Source of the DNA: Antedon mediterranea
Taxonomy: Eukaryota; Animalia; Echinodermata
Assembly: GCF_964355755.1 (NCBI RefSeq)
Contig: NC_092672.1
Location: 25,116,437-25,180,436, forward strand
Length of the DNA stretch: 64,000 nucleotides
Reading direction: 5' to 3'
Position numbers and translations under genes: made by a program. The notes under the pieces were generated by a model that was not told the origin of the DNA, made no database searches, and was given only the letters and a program-made list of their open reading frames with translations. Numbering within the stretch: the first letter of the stretch is position 1; each line of letters opens with the position of its first letter. Below, in pieces: positions 1 through 15,500 of this stretch.

Positions 1-173
1 CACGACACTCATTCAGCTCTACTGCAAAGGTTTATATTATACAGATATTGCCTGCTTAGAGGTGAAATATAACAATTGACATCACAGAGGGAATGATATT
101 TTTCTCGAGGAACTAAATATTACATCTGTAAAATATGTAGCAAAGTGTAAGTAGACTTGGCTGGGTCGGTTAG

Positions 174-412
174 CCTAAGTAATAAGACTGCCTAGTTCAC
201 CTTACCTTGCCTAAGTAATAAGACTGCCTAGTTCACCTTACCTTGCCTAAGTAATAAGACTGCCTAGTTCACCTTACCTTGCCTAAGTAATAAGACTGCC
301 TAGTTCACCTTATAAGTAATAAGACTGCCTAGTTCACCTTACCTTGCCTAGGTAATAAGACTGCCTAGTTCACCTTACCTTGCCTAGGTAATAAGACTGC
401 CTAGTTCACCTT
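174..412. repeat. Intronic minisatellite, 36-bp unit, ~6.5 copies
   Basis: cctaagtaataagactgcctagttcaccttaccttg repeated. Confidence 0.95.
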
Positions 413-557
413 AGCTTGGCGAAAACTGACCGTATAAAGTCAAATAATTACTAATGATTCCTTTGCCATAAAATATTTACTTAAACTAATTAAAATTTAA
501 TTTATTCTACTGCAAATATAAAATAATTAAATTATTATTAAACTACTTTTAAGTACC

Positions 558-3500
558 TGTCCCTCTCTTAGGAATATCTTTGTTTTTCCAAACAAAAAGC
601 TTTTCAATTTATTTTCTTTGTCTGCTTCAGCTAAAACCAGATTCGTAATAACAGCACATTTACTTTTTGTATCCAAATCTTTTACATCTTCTGAGTTTGA
701 CCTTATTAATAATTCATACCTCTTAAGAAAATCACTGTACAACATTCTATAAGAAAATTGTCATTATCGTTCAGAATCAAGTATAACAAACAACACACTG
801 GCAAGTATGTTAGTAGGTGTTCAACAGGTACAGTATGCACAGGGATATATATAGTATATATTATAAACAACACACTAGCAAGTATGTTAGTAGGTGTTCA
901 ACATGTACAGTATGCACAGGGATATATATAGTATATATTATAAACAACACACTGGCAAGTATGTTAGTAGGTGTTCAACATGTACAGTATGCACAGGGAT
1001 ATATATAGTATATATTATAAACAACACACTGGCAAGTATGTTAGTAGGTGTTCAACATGTACAGTATGCACAGGGATATATATAGTATATATTATAAACA
1101 TCACACTGGCAAGTATGTTAGTAGGTGTTCAACATGTACAGTATACACAGGGATATATATAGTATATATTATAAACAACACACTGGCAAGTATGTTAGTA
1201 GGTGTTCAACATATACAGTATGCACAGGGATATATATAGTATATATTATAAACAACACACTGGCAAGTATGTTAGTAGGTGTTCAACATGTACAGTATGT
1301 ACAGGGATATATATAGTATATATTATAAACATCACAGGCACAGAATAAATTCTATACCGCCCGGTGATATACTGAAATTCAATTAATTAATTTGAAACGA
1401 TGAAGATGAGGAAATCTGTGAGAATGAGAAAAAGTCGCCTCCACCAAGATACAAACCCGGAACCTTCTGCTTGATGTCCTAACCATTAGACCACTGGGCT
1501 TTCATGGTATTGTTCAAACTCGATTGGATCGTCGTGGTAAGGCGGTATAGCACTAGTCCCTCAGTTGTACGCACACGCATCAGAGATCAAATTGATACGC
1601 CCTCATCTTTCAGTATATATATACATATATATATATATGTATTGTAAGTCCTATGAGCAAGCTGTTTAATTGGGATTGTAATAGTAAAAAATACAGTAAA
1701 ATACAAATTACAACAAATAAGAAGGTTGTAACATGTTTAGTGCAACCTATAAAACAATACAACACAACCATTTTAGTTTTTGCTTAATTATTCAATATCG
1801 AAAACAAACAGGTGTAAGCTGACCTGGTAGGGAAGCCTGTTGCACTGATATCAATTGTTTCAAGTTAACTTAACTAAACAAGGGTATCCACCAGTCATAG
1901 ATGGGTACATTGTTAGTATAAAAAGAACACAAAACAATAGCTGTAAGCTGACCTGGTAGGGAAGCCTGTTGCACTGATCTCAATTGTTTCAAGAACACCG
2001 CAAGCACGTAATTGATTTATAACATGAACATTATCAAAGCTGTCTGGTTGACACTCAAGACTTGGTTTGATACAGCGGATGTAGTGAGGTGTTGTTTCAT
2101 GTAAAGTAGCCATAAGACTGTCCAATGAATTCTAAGATATAAGATACAATTGTTAGATTGTTACCCCGAAGATTACATGTAAAAACTGAATGGTATCAAC
2201 CAAAATAAGTATAAGTAAATACAAAATGGATTGAGGAAATATGTCTGATAATCTAATAAAATATCTTGCATATATTTATTATTATAAGTTACATTTTCAA
2301 CAGAAGTTAAAAAAAAATTGGGAAGAAATAATTTGAGTGATCCTGCAGATGTTTATTTGATTTATTTCAGCGTCATAAAAAACAATTTACAGATAAAATA
2401 CAATTAATATAATATACAGGAAACAAAATATGAAACATCAACAATATACAAAAACAGGGATGCCGAGGATAAACCATAAAGGTCCTTGTTTCCATGTTTC
2501 TCCTTTTTTCAATAAAAAGCGAAAACAACAACAAAGCAAAAAAACCTATCTAAATTCTAAAGCAAGAGCTCAGTCTTGAAGCTATTTTTTCATACTAAAT
2601 TCATCAAGAGTCTAAATTAAGTTTTGAATGAGTTTCAACTTTCAGGATTCTGTACCTTAAATTTTGATACCACTGTAGAAGTAGTCTTTTTGCCTTTTGT
2701 TTTACTTGGACTCTGAAAAAAATTCATAAAATTAACCTATTTTAGGTTAAACAGAACTACACTGTATTAACATAACTGATGCAAAGGCATTATAAATATC
2801 ACACATTTATTCTTTGTTTAAAAGTTTCATGATGTAACATTGATGAAGACAGAACTTTAAAAGCAATGGTATAGTGTTAGTACAGTGTTACTACAGTGTT
2901 AGTACGGTGTTACTACAGTGTTAGTACGGTGTTACTACAGTGTTAGTATGTTGTTACTACATTGTTAGTATGGTGTTACTACATTGTTAGTATGGTGTTA
3001 CTACATTGTTAGTATGGTGTTACTACATTGTTAGTATGGTGTTACTACATTGTTAGTATGGTGTTACTACATTGTTAGTATGGTGTTACTACAGTGTTAG
3101 TATGGTGTTACTACAGTGTTAGTATGGTGTTACTACATTGTTAGTACGGTGTTACTACATTGTTAGTACGGTGTTACTACATTGTTAGTATGGTGTTACT
3201 ACATTGTTAGTATGGTGTTACTACAGTGTTAGTATGGTGTTACTACATTGTTAGTATGGTGTTACTACATTGTTAGTATGGTGTTACTACAGTGTTAGTA
3301 TGGTGTTACTACATTGTTAGTATGGTGTTACTACATTGTTAGTATGGTGTTACTACATTGTTAGTATGGTGTTACTACAGTGTTAGTATGGTGTTACTAC
3401 AGTGTTAGTATGGTGTTACTACATTGTTAGTATGGTGTTACTACATTGTTAGTATGGTGTTACTACAGTGTTAGTTTGATGTTACTATGGTGTTACTACA

Positions 3501-6500
3501 TTGTTAGTATGGTGTTAGTATAGTGTTACTATGGTGTTTAAAAACAAATGATAAGATCAATCACCTGTAAACTGGTAACATTAGCATCAACTAATTGTTG
3601 CACAAACTTCTTGCTGCTAATTTTAAGCAAATCTACAAGTTCTGCTGGAATACCATCCTAAAACCATCAAATGATACACAATAGATTAACTAGTAAATGA
3701 ACATTCACCTGTGTACACTGCACATCAAATCTAATGAGCAAATATAATGTAATAGCAATAAGGTTTCCATTCAAAGTAAATATTATAGGGATACTCGGAA
3801 AAAAAGCCATGGTAATAGGGCAGGAGGGCAAGTTGGTAAATTGATTGTTCGTTAACTTGATGAAATTGTAATATTGGAGAGCATATGTGGTTAAATAGGT
3901 TGAAACACTCTTGTCGTTTTCTAAATTGAATTGTGTTAGTGAACCAATTCTTATTTTGATATAAAAACAGAGAAATGTAATACTGTAAGCTGAGCACGTA
4001 CTCCAGACTGAAAAAAGATGGCAGCCGTAAATGTGTTCAAACATTATTTAACATAACAAATAATAATCTAATATAATACATTCACATATTCTTGTCAAAG
4101 AACAGTGAAGATTTATAAATCGCAATGGAATGAATAAATTCTAGGTAATCTAGCATTTTTGTATTTGAGGATCATATAGAATGCGTTCACGGTTATACGC
4201 TTAACACGCTGCATTGTGTATTGTTCTCACACAGATAGGCTCAACACAGGCATATAGCAGTGCGTACTGCGTAGGGCATATCTGATTGGTCGATTGAAAG
4301 CCGCTATTTTGTTGGTTTCCTCTCCATAGAGAATCACCTTTTGAACTGCGATAACAGAGCATAATAATAGATAGAGCATTACCTATAGCTACAAACAGCC
4401 ATTCATACATTTTACTGTGGTATTTATTTTCAGTTATAAGATTATGAGAAATGAGTTTAAACGAAGCAGATGCACTATTCCATAATTGTAATGCTTTGAG
4501 AAACTATTTATGAACTTCTAACCCCCTTTTTTTGTGAATATACTGTAAAACTGGCATTCAGTTGTAAGTATATTACCTTATTCTTTTCAATTAGACCATC
4601 CACTTGGTACGTAACTTTCTCTGCATAGTGATGCACAACAAAAGCTGGTGATGTCACTGATATATGTGCACGAGATAAGCTTGCACTGCTGATGGTGTCA
4701 AGAAGAAACTCACAAAATGAACTTGGATCTGAATGTCTGTTTAACTTGCATTGCTATAAACAAGATAAACTTGCAATTAGAAAGTAAATGACATAATAAC
4801 ATGATTGTGATCTTAGATGGACAGTCTAAGCACAACAACTTGTAGTTTGCAACTGGTTGTGGTGTTACTGTACTTTTGCACCTAACTCACTGGGCATAAG
4901 GTCCCTCACCATCACTGATGTGCAGCAGGTGAATATTGGGGTTAAGCTTGAGGTGCAAAAGTACATCAGCAGCAGGTTTTCTAGTGTAAACTAGGCTCAA
5001 AAGTCCATTATTTATCTTCTTACAAACTACAGTTTATTTATTGATTTGGGCAATCAAGACAAACTATGGTTTTCAAGACAAACTATGCCTGTCGGGTAAA
5101 AACCACTTTTTTTCAAAATGTAAAATTCAAAATAGGAAGGAGTTATTATTTTACGACATACTGTACTACGATTGAGAAAGGCGAATTCTTAATACAGCAC
5201 TGGGACAACTCATCTTTTTGTTGTCATACATGCAGCATGGTTTCATGGTACAGCAGTTTATCTTTCAATAATAAGTACAAACTACAGAATACAGGTTGTC
5301 TTTTTCAACCATTATTTTTCGTCTTGCGAAAAACTATGACTTAGAAACTTATTGTTTGTATTTTAATCGAAAGACAAACTACGACACCCCAATATTCAAC
5401 ATCAAAACATGTTTTATTGTCAGTGGAATAGCAACACTTACTTGATTCATGAGAGCAAATATACTGATGTTGCCTTCAATAACATCAAGACATGTTTTAT
5501 TGTCAGTAAAGTCTTCAAATTGCCATGGAATTCCCTCAGATTGACAGTCATCCTAGAATAATACAAACATGGCTGTTTAATCAGCAGTATAATTATGTTT
5601 ATAAAGGTTCATCATTATCACTGTTAGAGAAAAAAAGTGAAAGATAATTCTCATAAACTTTAATTATTATTGTTATCTTAATTATCATTTTATATTGTAT
5701 TATAATTATACTAGTATTTTGATATTATTAAGTTTTTACAAGATTTGTTTGATATCAACTAAAAGAAGTGCCATATTATTTTTCTCCATTTTTTTAAATG
5801 AATAAAAGAACTGTTGTTATTATCACTCTTATATGGTGCTAATAAAACACTGTTGCACCAACTGTATATTGGCATACTCTATATATAGAAAATAAGTTTG
5901 TTGGAATACCTGTTCTGCTTTGAGGAAGTTGTGCACAAAATGTTGCTGAAGTTTCTCATTTGCATAATTTATGCATAATTGCTCCAAACTGTTAAATGAA
6001 AAACTTTCAAATCCGTAGACATCCAGTAGACCAATGTAAGACTGCCAACTCCTGGCCATGGTACTGTCATTAATGAATCCAACGAGCCAATCAAAAACTC
6101 TGAAACATTAAAACATAATTTAGTCAGTCTTCAAAGCTAGTTTTTTTTGGTAAAACCAAAGTGGGGTTGAAAACGTGTGCATGTAAACATTTTCTCCTGT
6201 TACATACTAACTACATGACAAAGAAAGAAAGAGAGATTAGGCAGAATAAAAATTAAATTAAATTGACTAAGTATTAGAGTTTGCATGTATGTATGTTTAT
6301 TTTATTTTTGTGAATGTTTAAAGGTGTATGTAGGATTTGTTGTGGACAATCCGCCTCGGTGAAGACAAGCATGCATATGGGGAAGCAAATAAAAGTTATT
6401 GGATTTGTACAACATCTTCTGTGGGTTTGTTTTGAATGTATAACAGGTCAGTAAATAAGCAAATACTGCACAACAAGAATCATTTTCAAAAGAGTAAGTA

Positions 6501-9500
6501 GGTTTCTTTCACTACAAACAAATATAGCTTTAATGTTTGTAAAATACCTGGCATAGAGTAACTTTGCAAGACAATCTCTCCTTGTATGACATTCATCTTT
6601 TATGCAAGGTTTCATAAAGACACTCTTTCTACGCTTGTGAGATGCAGTGATTTGTCGGAATGCAAGACATCTAGTTAAGGCATCAACATCAAGACCAAGT
6701 AACTGTGCAGCAGCATTAACAGAGGTGTCAACTCCTGATGAAGCAACATCAATAGTACAACAATATGATATATTGAATAATTAGTAAATTAGAAAATCGC
6801 TCTTTGGCTGAAATATTTTATCAACATTTTTTGAAGATGGAGAAGAATATTAATAAGATTATTTAAGATTTTAAAATGATATAATTATTAACGATATTTT
6901 TTTAGATATTTTTTAACCAACCTACCATAACATTAAGGTATTCCTTATGTCCGTTTTAGTTATTTCTCATATATTATATTATGGTAGAAATAAAAACAAA
7001 TAAAAAAATACTTAAAAGATATATATACTGTTAATAGAATATTTTGAATTATAAGTAAACGCCAATTTATTATAAACATAATCTATTAAAACTTTAAGGT
7101 CGCAACTACTTTAAGCTAAACTATAAATACTGTATGCAATCTTAAAGGTCGCAACTACTTTAAGCTAAACTATAAATACTGTATGCAATCTTAAAGGTCG
7201 CAACTACTTTAAGCTAAACTATAAATACTGTATGCAATCTTAAAGGTCGCAACTACTTTAAGCTAAACTATAAATACTGTATGCAATCTTAAAGGTCGCA
7301 ACTACTTTAAGCTAAACTATAAATACTGTATGCAATCTTAAAGGTTGCAACTACTTTAAGCTAAACTATAAATACTGTATGCAATCTTAAAGGTTGCAAC
7401 TACTTTAAGCTAAACTATAAATACTGTATGCAATCTTAAAGCTTGCAACTACTTTAAGCTGAACTATAAATACTGTATGCAATCTTTTTATTGGTATAAT
7501 ACAGAAAATAATTAAACAGCATAACCTTTATATCATTTACCTTGTTTTTCAGAATCAATTTCACATGGTCCAGTGACATCATCACTAATAAACTCTACAT
7601 TTCCAAGATGAAGTATACCACTTAAAACCTACAAATAAACACATTTTCAAATTCAATTCAATAATTCAAAAAATAGAATTTATAACATTACTATTAGATG
7701 TATGTACTGTATAAAAAACATCAAAGTCTATTATCACTAATTTATATACTACCATATGGTTTTCATTACCATAAATTTGTAAAAGTTGTTTTGAATCAAT
7801 ATACTATCATAATTGTAAAAACTAGGTAAAAGTTCACTGATGTTTACTGTCCACATGTGCTGGATTAGTTCAACCAAGGCATCTAAACACATTGCTTTGG
7901 TTCAGTTAGTTCACTGATGCTTACTGTCCACATGTGCTGGATTAGTTCAACCAAGGCATCTAAACACATTGCTTTGGTTCAGTTAGTTCACTGATGTTTA
8001 CTGTCCACATGTGCTGGATTAGTTCAACCAAGGCATCTAAACACATTGCTTTGGTTCAGTTAGTTCACTGATGTTTACTGTTCACATGTGCTGGATTAGT
8101 TCAACCAAGGCATCTAAACACATTGCTTTGGTTCAGTTAGTTCACTGATGTTTACTGTCCACATGTGCTGGATTAGTTCACCCAAGGCATCTAAACACAT
8201 TGCTTTGGTTCAGTTAGTTCACTGATGTTTACTGTTCACATGTGCTGGATTAGTTCAACCAATGCATCTAAACACATTGCTTTGGTTCAGTTAGTTCACT
8301 GATGTTTACTGTCCACATGTGCTGGATTAGTTCAACCAAGGCATCTAAACACATTGCTTTGGTTCAGTATAGTTCACTGATGTTTACTGTCCACATGTGC
8401 TGGATTAGTTCAACCAAGGCATCTAAACACATTGCTTTGGTTCAGTTAGTTCACTGATGCTTACTGTCCACATGTGCTGGATTAGTTCAACCAAGGCATC
8501 TAAACACATTGCTTTGGTTCAGTTAGTTCACTGATGTTTACTGTCCACATGTGCTGGATTAGTTCAACCAAGGCATCTAAACACATTGCTTTGGTTCAGT
8601 TAGTTCACTGATGTTTACTGTTCACATGTGCTGGATTAGTTCAACCAAGGCATCTAAACACATTGCTTTGGTTCAGTTAGTTCACTGATGTTTACTGTCC
8701 ACATGTGCTGGATTAGTTCAACCAAGGCATCTAAACACATTGCTTTGGTTCAGTTAGTTCACTGATGTTTACTGTTCACATGTGCTGGATTAGTTCAACC
8801 AATGCATCTAAACACATTGCTTTGGTTCAGTTAGTTCACTGATGTTTACTGTCCACATGTGCTGGATTAGTTCAACCAAGGCATCTAAACACATTGCTTT
8901 GGTTCAGTATAGTTCACTGATGTTTACTGTCCACATGTGCTGGATTAGTTCAACCAAGGCATCTAAACACATTGCTTTGGTTCAGTTAGTTCACTGATGT
9001 TTACTGTCCACATGTGCTGGATTAGTTCAACCAAGGCATCTAAACACATTGCTTTGGTTCAGTTAGTTCACTGATGTTTACTGTTCACATGTGCTGGATT
9101 AGTTCAACCAAGGCATCTAAACACATTGCTTTGGTTCAGTTAGTTCACTGATGTTTACTGTTCACATGTGCTGGATTAGTTCAACCAAGGCATCTAAACA
9201 CATTGCTTTGGTTCAGTTAGTTCACTGATGTTTACTGTTCACATGTGCTAGATTAGTTCAACCAAGGCATCTAAACACATTGCTTTGGTTCAGTTAGTTC
9301 ACTGATGTTTACTGTCCACATGTGCTGGATTAGTTCAACCAAGGCATCTAAACACATTGCTTTGGTTCAGTTAGTTCACTGATGTTTACTGTCCACATGT
9401 GCTGGATTAGTTCAACCAAGGCATCTAAACACATTGCTTTGGTTCAGTTAGTTCAGTGATGTTTACTGTCCACATGTGCTGGATTAGTTCAACCAAGGCA

Positions 9501-12500
9501 TCTAAACACATTGCTTTGGTTCAGAATAGTTCACTGATGTTTATAATTCTTGTTGCTGTGACCTCCTGCTAAGTCCAACATTAGACATCGCTTACTAACT
9601 AATTAAGTAAAAGTGTCTTACTTTAAATAATTCTTGTTGCTGTGACCTGCTAAGTCCAACATTACACATTGCTTGCTTTGTAACTATAAAATCTTGTTTA
9701 TCCTTTTGATTACATGCATCTTCTGAACGGTTTAGTGGCACATAGTTTAAGTTGTCTGAACTCAATACATTTGGTAGTAACCAGTTCCTCCTTTCCCTTT
9801 CATTTGCGCCAAACAGCATCTATGATAATTTGAAAGAAGAAATGTTAATGATATTATTAAAAAGACTAATAATGAGAATAATATAAACTAATAAAATATT
9901 TCATGCTTTGATAACATTAGTAGAGTGAGTGCTTTCTTGCCCTATATTACAAAATATTACAAAGTGACAATTTTGTTTCAAGATGTTTAATATCAGTACC
10001 AGAAAGATCCTTTTCACATTTGCCTACATTGATCTCCAGACTTATTACATGTTTTCATATTTACTCACGAACCTTGTGAAATCACGGGACAAGTATTGTC
10101 ATTGTATAGTTGATGGTGCTATCATTAGTACAATCTCAAGTTTGTGAGGAAAAAAAAGTCACGCTTCAATACTTTCAAATAGGTGTACGGTCAGTTAAAT
10201 ACCAGGACAAAGCACAAATGCGCAGAACAAACAAAAAAACAGGCCCCTGTGAATATCAGTAGAATTTTAACAACCTGATTACAACCAAAGGTAGGCTATT
10301 AGCCTACACACTTTAGAAACATGGCAACAGAAATATATTGCAGGGTTTTCTCTAACCTGCAGAAAATATGCAAATGTGTCACAGTTCCAACAGTTAAGTT
10401 AAACAGTTGGTTATCCGGTTTAAAGGTACACAAAAATGAAACATAACTAATACTAACTTGGTAAAAAATGTGAAAATTCCTGGCACCATCACATTGATAA
10501 ACAACTCTAGTTTTCTCAAGAAGATATGTCTGAATAGAAGCAACAACAACATGATTTCCACTGAAAACAAAATTGTAAAGTTAAAATAAGAATTGCTCTT
10601 GTGTGTAATTTCATTCTTGCCTGCTATGACACACAAAATGGCATATGTAGAAACTCAAAATGCATGGCCTGTATACAGTATGTTGGTTGAACATTGACAA
10701 ATAAAAATAATGTATGAAACTTACCGACTGAATTGTAGCTGAATGTACTTTCCAAAGCGGCTACTATTGTGATTCCTGGTTGTGCTAGCATTGCCTAAGA
10801 AAATGAAATAATAGTTGTCTAACAGAGATGGAGTTGTAGGGAGGTGTAGGGTACTGGGTGGCAAAAGATTAATATTACTGTATATATATATACTGGAGTA
10901 GGCCATCAAATATTGCCATCAATTGCAATTAATTCTACTAGTCTTAATGATACCAAATCTGCCAAAAATTTAATTTGACCATAAAATCACACCAAATTCA
11001 TATTTAGAACATACTGTAAGTTGCCCACTGCTCATCAACAGTTTTAGCCTATATATTAGGAGTTTAAAGGATTTTGGCACCATGACTGAAGGTTAAAGAT
11101 ATGCTAGAATTACAAAATGTAAAATCAGTACACAAACTGCTTTAAATTAGCATTTTAAATTTCATTTTACATAAAGCGTTAATCAATTTTAGGTTAGGTG
11201 TAGCTTTATTTATTTATTTATTTTTAAATCAGTATGATACTTATTGACTTTTATATTTCAGTTTTTTCAGGGAAGAGTTAAATTACAATTTAATTTAACT
11301 CTTCCCTGGTTTTCTTGTAATTGTAATGGTACACTATCATTATGCTCATTTTTATTTGGTTCTCATCTCTTTATCGACTGTTCTTATTCTATTTTTTTCT
11401 TTATCTGTTGATGATAATGATGATGAATATAGAAAATTTGATATATTGATATGATTTAAAAATGCTGATTTTGTATATTTAACAAAAATAAAGGTCCAAC
11501 TTCTAGCGATGTTTCTTAGGACCATAACAGTACATAGATGTTTTTACATTTGAGAATGACATGTGTATCTTACTGTACTTTATTAAAGATAAACATAATA
11601 ATTACCAAATGCTTCAAGAATATGATTTGAGTCTAATATTCTACGTTCAATGCAATCTGCTGGTGATGGTGTAAAACCACTATGAACAAAAAAGACAACA
11701 AGTTATCACAAATAAGTAACAAAACAGAGACAAATCTATAATTATGATGAAATAAAAACTGTAATTTTACATACATGAGAGTGTTTAATGATATTAAATT
11801 AAATGTGTTTATTTTTATTACCCAGGGTTACATACTGCCACCATTGTCAGATATTTTAGTAAACATCTTGCATTCCATGTCTGTAATAAAACAATAATAA
11901 ATAACAGAGAATAACAAACGTTTTTGTATTTTCACAAAAAATATTGACAAACTGCCTTTGTGAAAATGGGTTGCCAACATTCCCTCTTTGCACGTCTGGC
12001 AAGCATTTATGTGACATTCAATAAATGCTGATTTTGTAACAGTGTCCTTTGAAACAGTAAAAACAAATTATAGCACTCTCTATTACTTGTCCATGCTTTT
12101 AGCCTCTCTATTTTTATTCAAGTTTGGGCCTCTCTATTATTTCCAAATAAACAAGAAATGGTTTTAAAGGTAAAAAATTGACTCTGATTACATTGGTGAA
12201 AACAAACGTAAAACAGAAATTGTTGAATTACCTTTCCAGAACCACTTTCACCGCTGACAATTATTGACTGATTAATCTTGTCTAGTCTTCTAGTAAGATT
12301 ACACAAAGCTGTTTCTGCAATTCCAAATACATGTGGTGGGTGTGCCTGAAAAAAAAAAAAATAAAGATGTATATTCCCCAAAAAACATGAAAATGAGGAT
12401 TAATAAAATCAAGCCATTTTGCTGTTTTAAAAAAGTTATTCATTTTAAAGAAATAAAAACAAACAAATATAGTGTTTTTACTTTAAAAAAAGACAAAATT

Positions 12501-15500
12501 AATGGTTAAACTTAACCAAATGTTAAAAAATTACAGTTTTTCAGGTAAATAATGTTTTTTTTCCAATTTTTGGTCAAAGTGAATAACTACAGTATTATGT
12601 GACATAAAATAGCATATTCAGCAAAACAATTATCTTTTCAGAGGAGCTCTGCATATATCTCTAAGTTCTCACTTCTAAGTGCAACTGAGGACATATTAAT
12701 ATTTTTGCCCAATATTGAAGATAAAGTGAAGTCAAGATTTTAATAGTGATGTCACCAACATATCAATTTTCCTAAAAATCAATAGTATACTAGCAAATTA
12801 TTGTTTACCTTTTGATCACTATGGTAACGATGAATCATATGAACATCAAAATGTCCAGTTTCTTTGAAAGGATTTAAAGTAACAAGGGTGTTGCCAGTCT
12901 GAGTGTGGTATCTACCAGCTAAGTAGCGCTCACGTAAACAGTTCAGCACTATGAACAGAAAACATTAGAAGTAACAAGTGTGTTGCCAGTCTGAGTGTGG
13001 TATCTACCAGCTAAGTACCGCTCATGTAAACAGTTCAGCACTATGAACAGAAAACATTTTGTTAAGTAACAAGTGTGTTGCCAGTCTGAGTGTGGTATCT
13101 ACCAGCTAAGTACCGCTCATGTAAACAGTTCAGCACTATGAACAGAAAACATTTTGTTAAGTAACAAGTGTGTTTCCAGTCTGAGTGTGGTATCTACCAG
13201 CTAAGTACCGCTCATGTAAACAGTTCAGCACTATGAACAGAAAACATTTTGTTAAGTAACAAGTGTGTTGCCAGTCTGAGTGTGGTATCTACCAGCTAAG
13301 TACCGCTCACATAAACAGTTCAGCACTATGAACAGAAAACATTAGAAGTAACAAGTGTGTTGCCAGTCTAAGTGTGGTATCTACCAGCTAAGTACTGCTC
13401 AAGTGTGTTGCCAATATTTTGTCAAATTTTCTTCAAATTATTCGCTGTTCTACTCTAAAAATGTATTACTGAACTATAAATTTTATTTTAAAGTGAGTAT
13501 TTAATTTGGAAAAATTTGAAGGAAAATGTTGGATTCATCCAAATTGTGGTCTTTGATCTCTAATTAGTTAGAGGGAGGCAACAGCTAATGGTAAAAAATA
13601 GGTGATCATCTGGCTTTAAATTAGATTGAGCTTTTAATTAAAGGGGTCTTTAATAGAAGGAAGACCTGTATAGTACTAACAACCATTGAAACATGTGTCT
13701 ACTATTAATTCACTTACCAGCAGGTTCTGAGAGAGGATTAAGTAAAACAAGATCATCTGTATTGATCCAATCTGTTTGAGTACACAGCACTGGATAGCCA
13801 GCATGACCACGTATCACAACCTCCTAGACAATGAAGTTACAAGCAATATTTAAAATACATTATATAGAATACTTAGTAGCAAGGTTGGGTTGTTGACATA
13901 GATGGTATGCTTCCCTCCCCTCCTTACCTCACAATTATATTTTGTGTCTATAATCTTGCTATCACTAAAACATGAATTAACACATGCTGGAACCCAAACC
14001 TCTTACCTGGCCATTAGATTTAGTGACTATAATCTTGCCATCACTAAAACATGAATCAACACACGCTGGAACCCAAACCTCTTACCTGGCCATTAGATTT
14101 AGTGACTATAATCTTGCCATCACTAAAACATGAATCAACACATGCTGGAACCCAAACCTCTTACCTGGCCATTAGATTTAGTGACTATAATCTTGCCATC
14201 ACTAAAACATGAATTAACACATGCTGGAACCCAAACCTCTTACCTGGCCATTCGATTTAGTGACTATAATTTTGCCATCACTAAAACATGAATTAACACA
14301 CGCTGGAACCCAAACCTCTTACCTGGCCATTAGATTTAGTGACTATAATCTTGCCATCACTAAACATGAATTAACACACGCTGGAACCCAAACCTCTTAC
14401 CTGGCCATTAGATTTAGTCACTATAATCTTGCCATCACTAAAACATGAATCAACACATGCTGGAACCCAAACCTCTTACCTGGCCATTAGATTTAGTGAC
14501 TATAATCTTGCCATCACTAAAACATGAATTAACACATGCTGGAACCCAAACCTCTTACCTGGCCATTCGATTTAGTGACTATAATCTTGCCATCACTAAA
14601 ACATGAATTAACACACGCTGGAACCCAAACCTCTTACCTGGCCATTAGATTTAGTAACTATAATCTTGCCATCACTAAACATGAATTAACACACGCTGGA
14701 ACCCAAACCTCTTACCTGGCCATTAGATTTAGTCACTATAATCTTGCCATCACTAAAACATGAATCAACACACACTGGAACCCAAACCTCTTACCTGGCC
14801 ATTAGATTTAGTGACTGTAATCTTGCCATCACTAAAACATGAATTAACACATGCTGGAACCCAAACCTCTTACCTGGTCATTAGATTTAGTGATTATAAT
14901 CTTGCCATCACTAAAACATGAATCAACACACACTGGAACCAAAACCTCTTACCTGGCCATTATATTTAGTGACTATAATCTTGTCATCACTAAAACATGA
15001 ATTAACACACGCTGGAACCCAAACCTCTTACCTGGCCATTAGATTTAGTGACTATAAACTTGCCATCACTAAAACATGAATTAACACACGCTGGAACCCA
15101 AACCTCTTACCTGGCCATTAGATTTAGTGACTATAATCTTGCCATCACTAAAACATGAACTAACACACGCTGGAACCCAAACCTCTTACCTGGCCATTAT
15201 ATTTAGTGACTATAATCTTGCCATCACTAAAACATGAATTAACACACGCTGGAACCCAAACCTCTTTTTCATCATGTATCCACACCATTAACCCCTGAAA
15301 GTACAGTAAACAGTTCATTATTCAATTCAATCAACTTTTATTATCCACAATCTGATTCTTTTGGTTGTGGCAGACTCACAAATGTAAACAAACATTTAAA
15401 ACAAACATTTAAAATACACATGTATACAAATTATTGCTAAAGAGTAATTTTTGTAAAGTCTAACAGCTTTCATAATAAATTATTCATTTGGAGCTTTGAG

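Noticed and set aside
817-1316. Five overlapping 63-aa ORFs, and similar ORFs at 14221-14763, 17695-17904, 19403-19661 and 20843-21158
   Set aside because: They are artefacts of tandem repeats or transposon subterminal repeats.
7830-9543. CRISPR-like array
   Set aside because: Units are contiguous with no unique spacers, there are no cas genes, and it lies in a eukaryotic intron.
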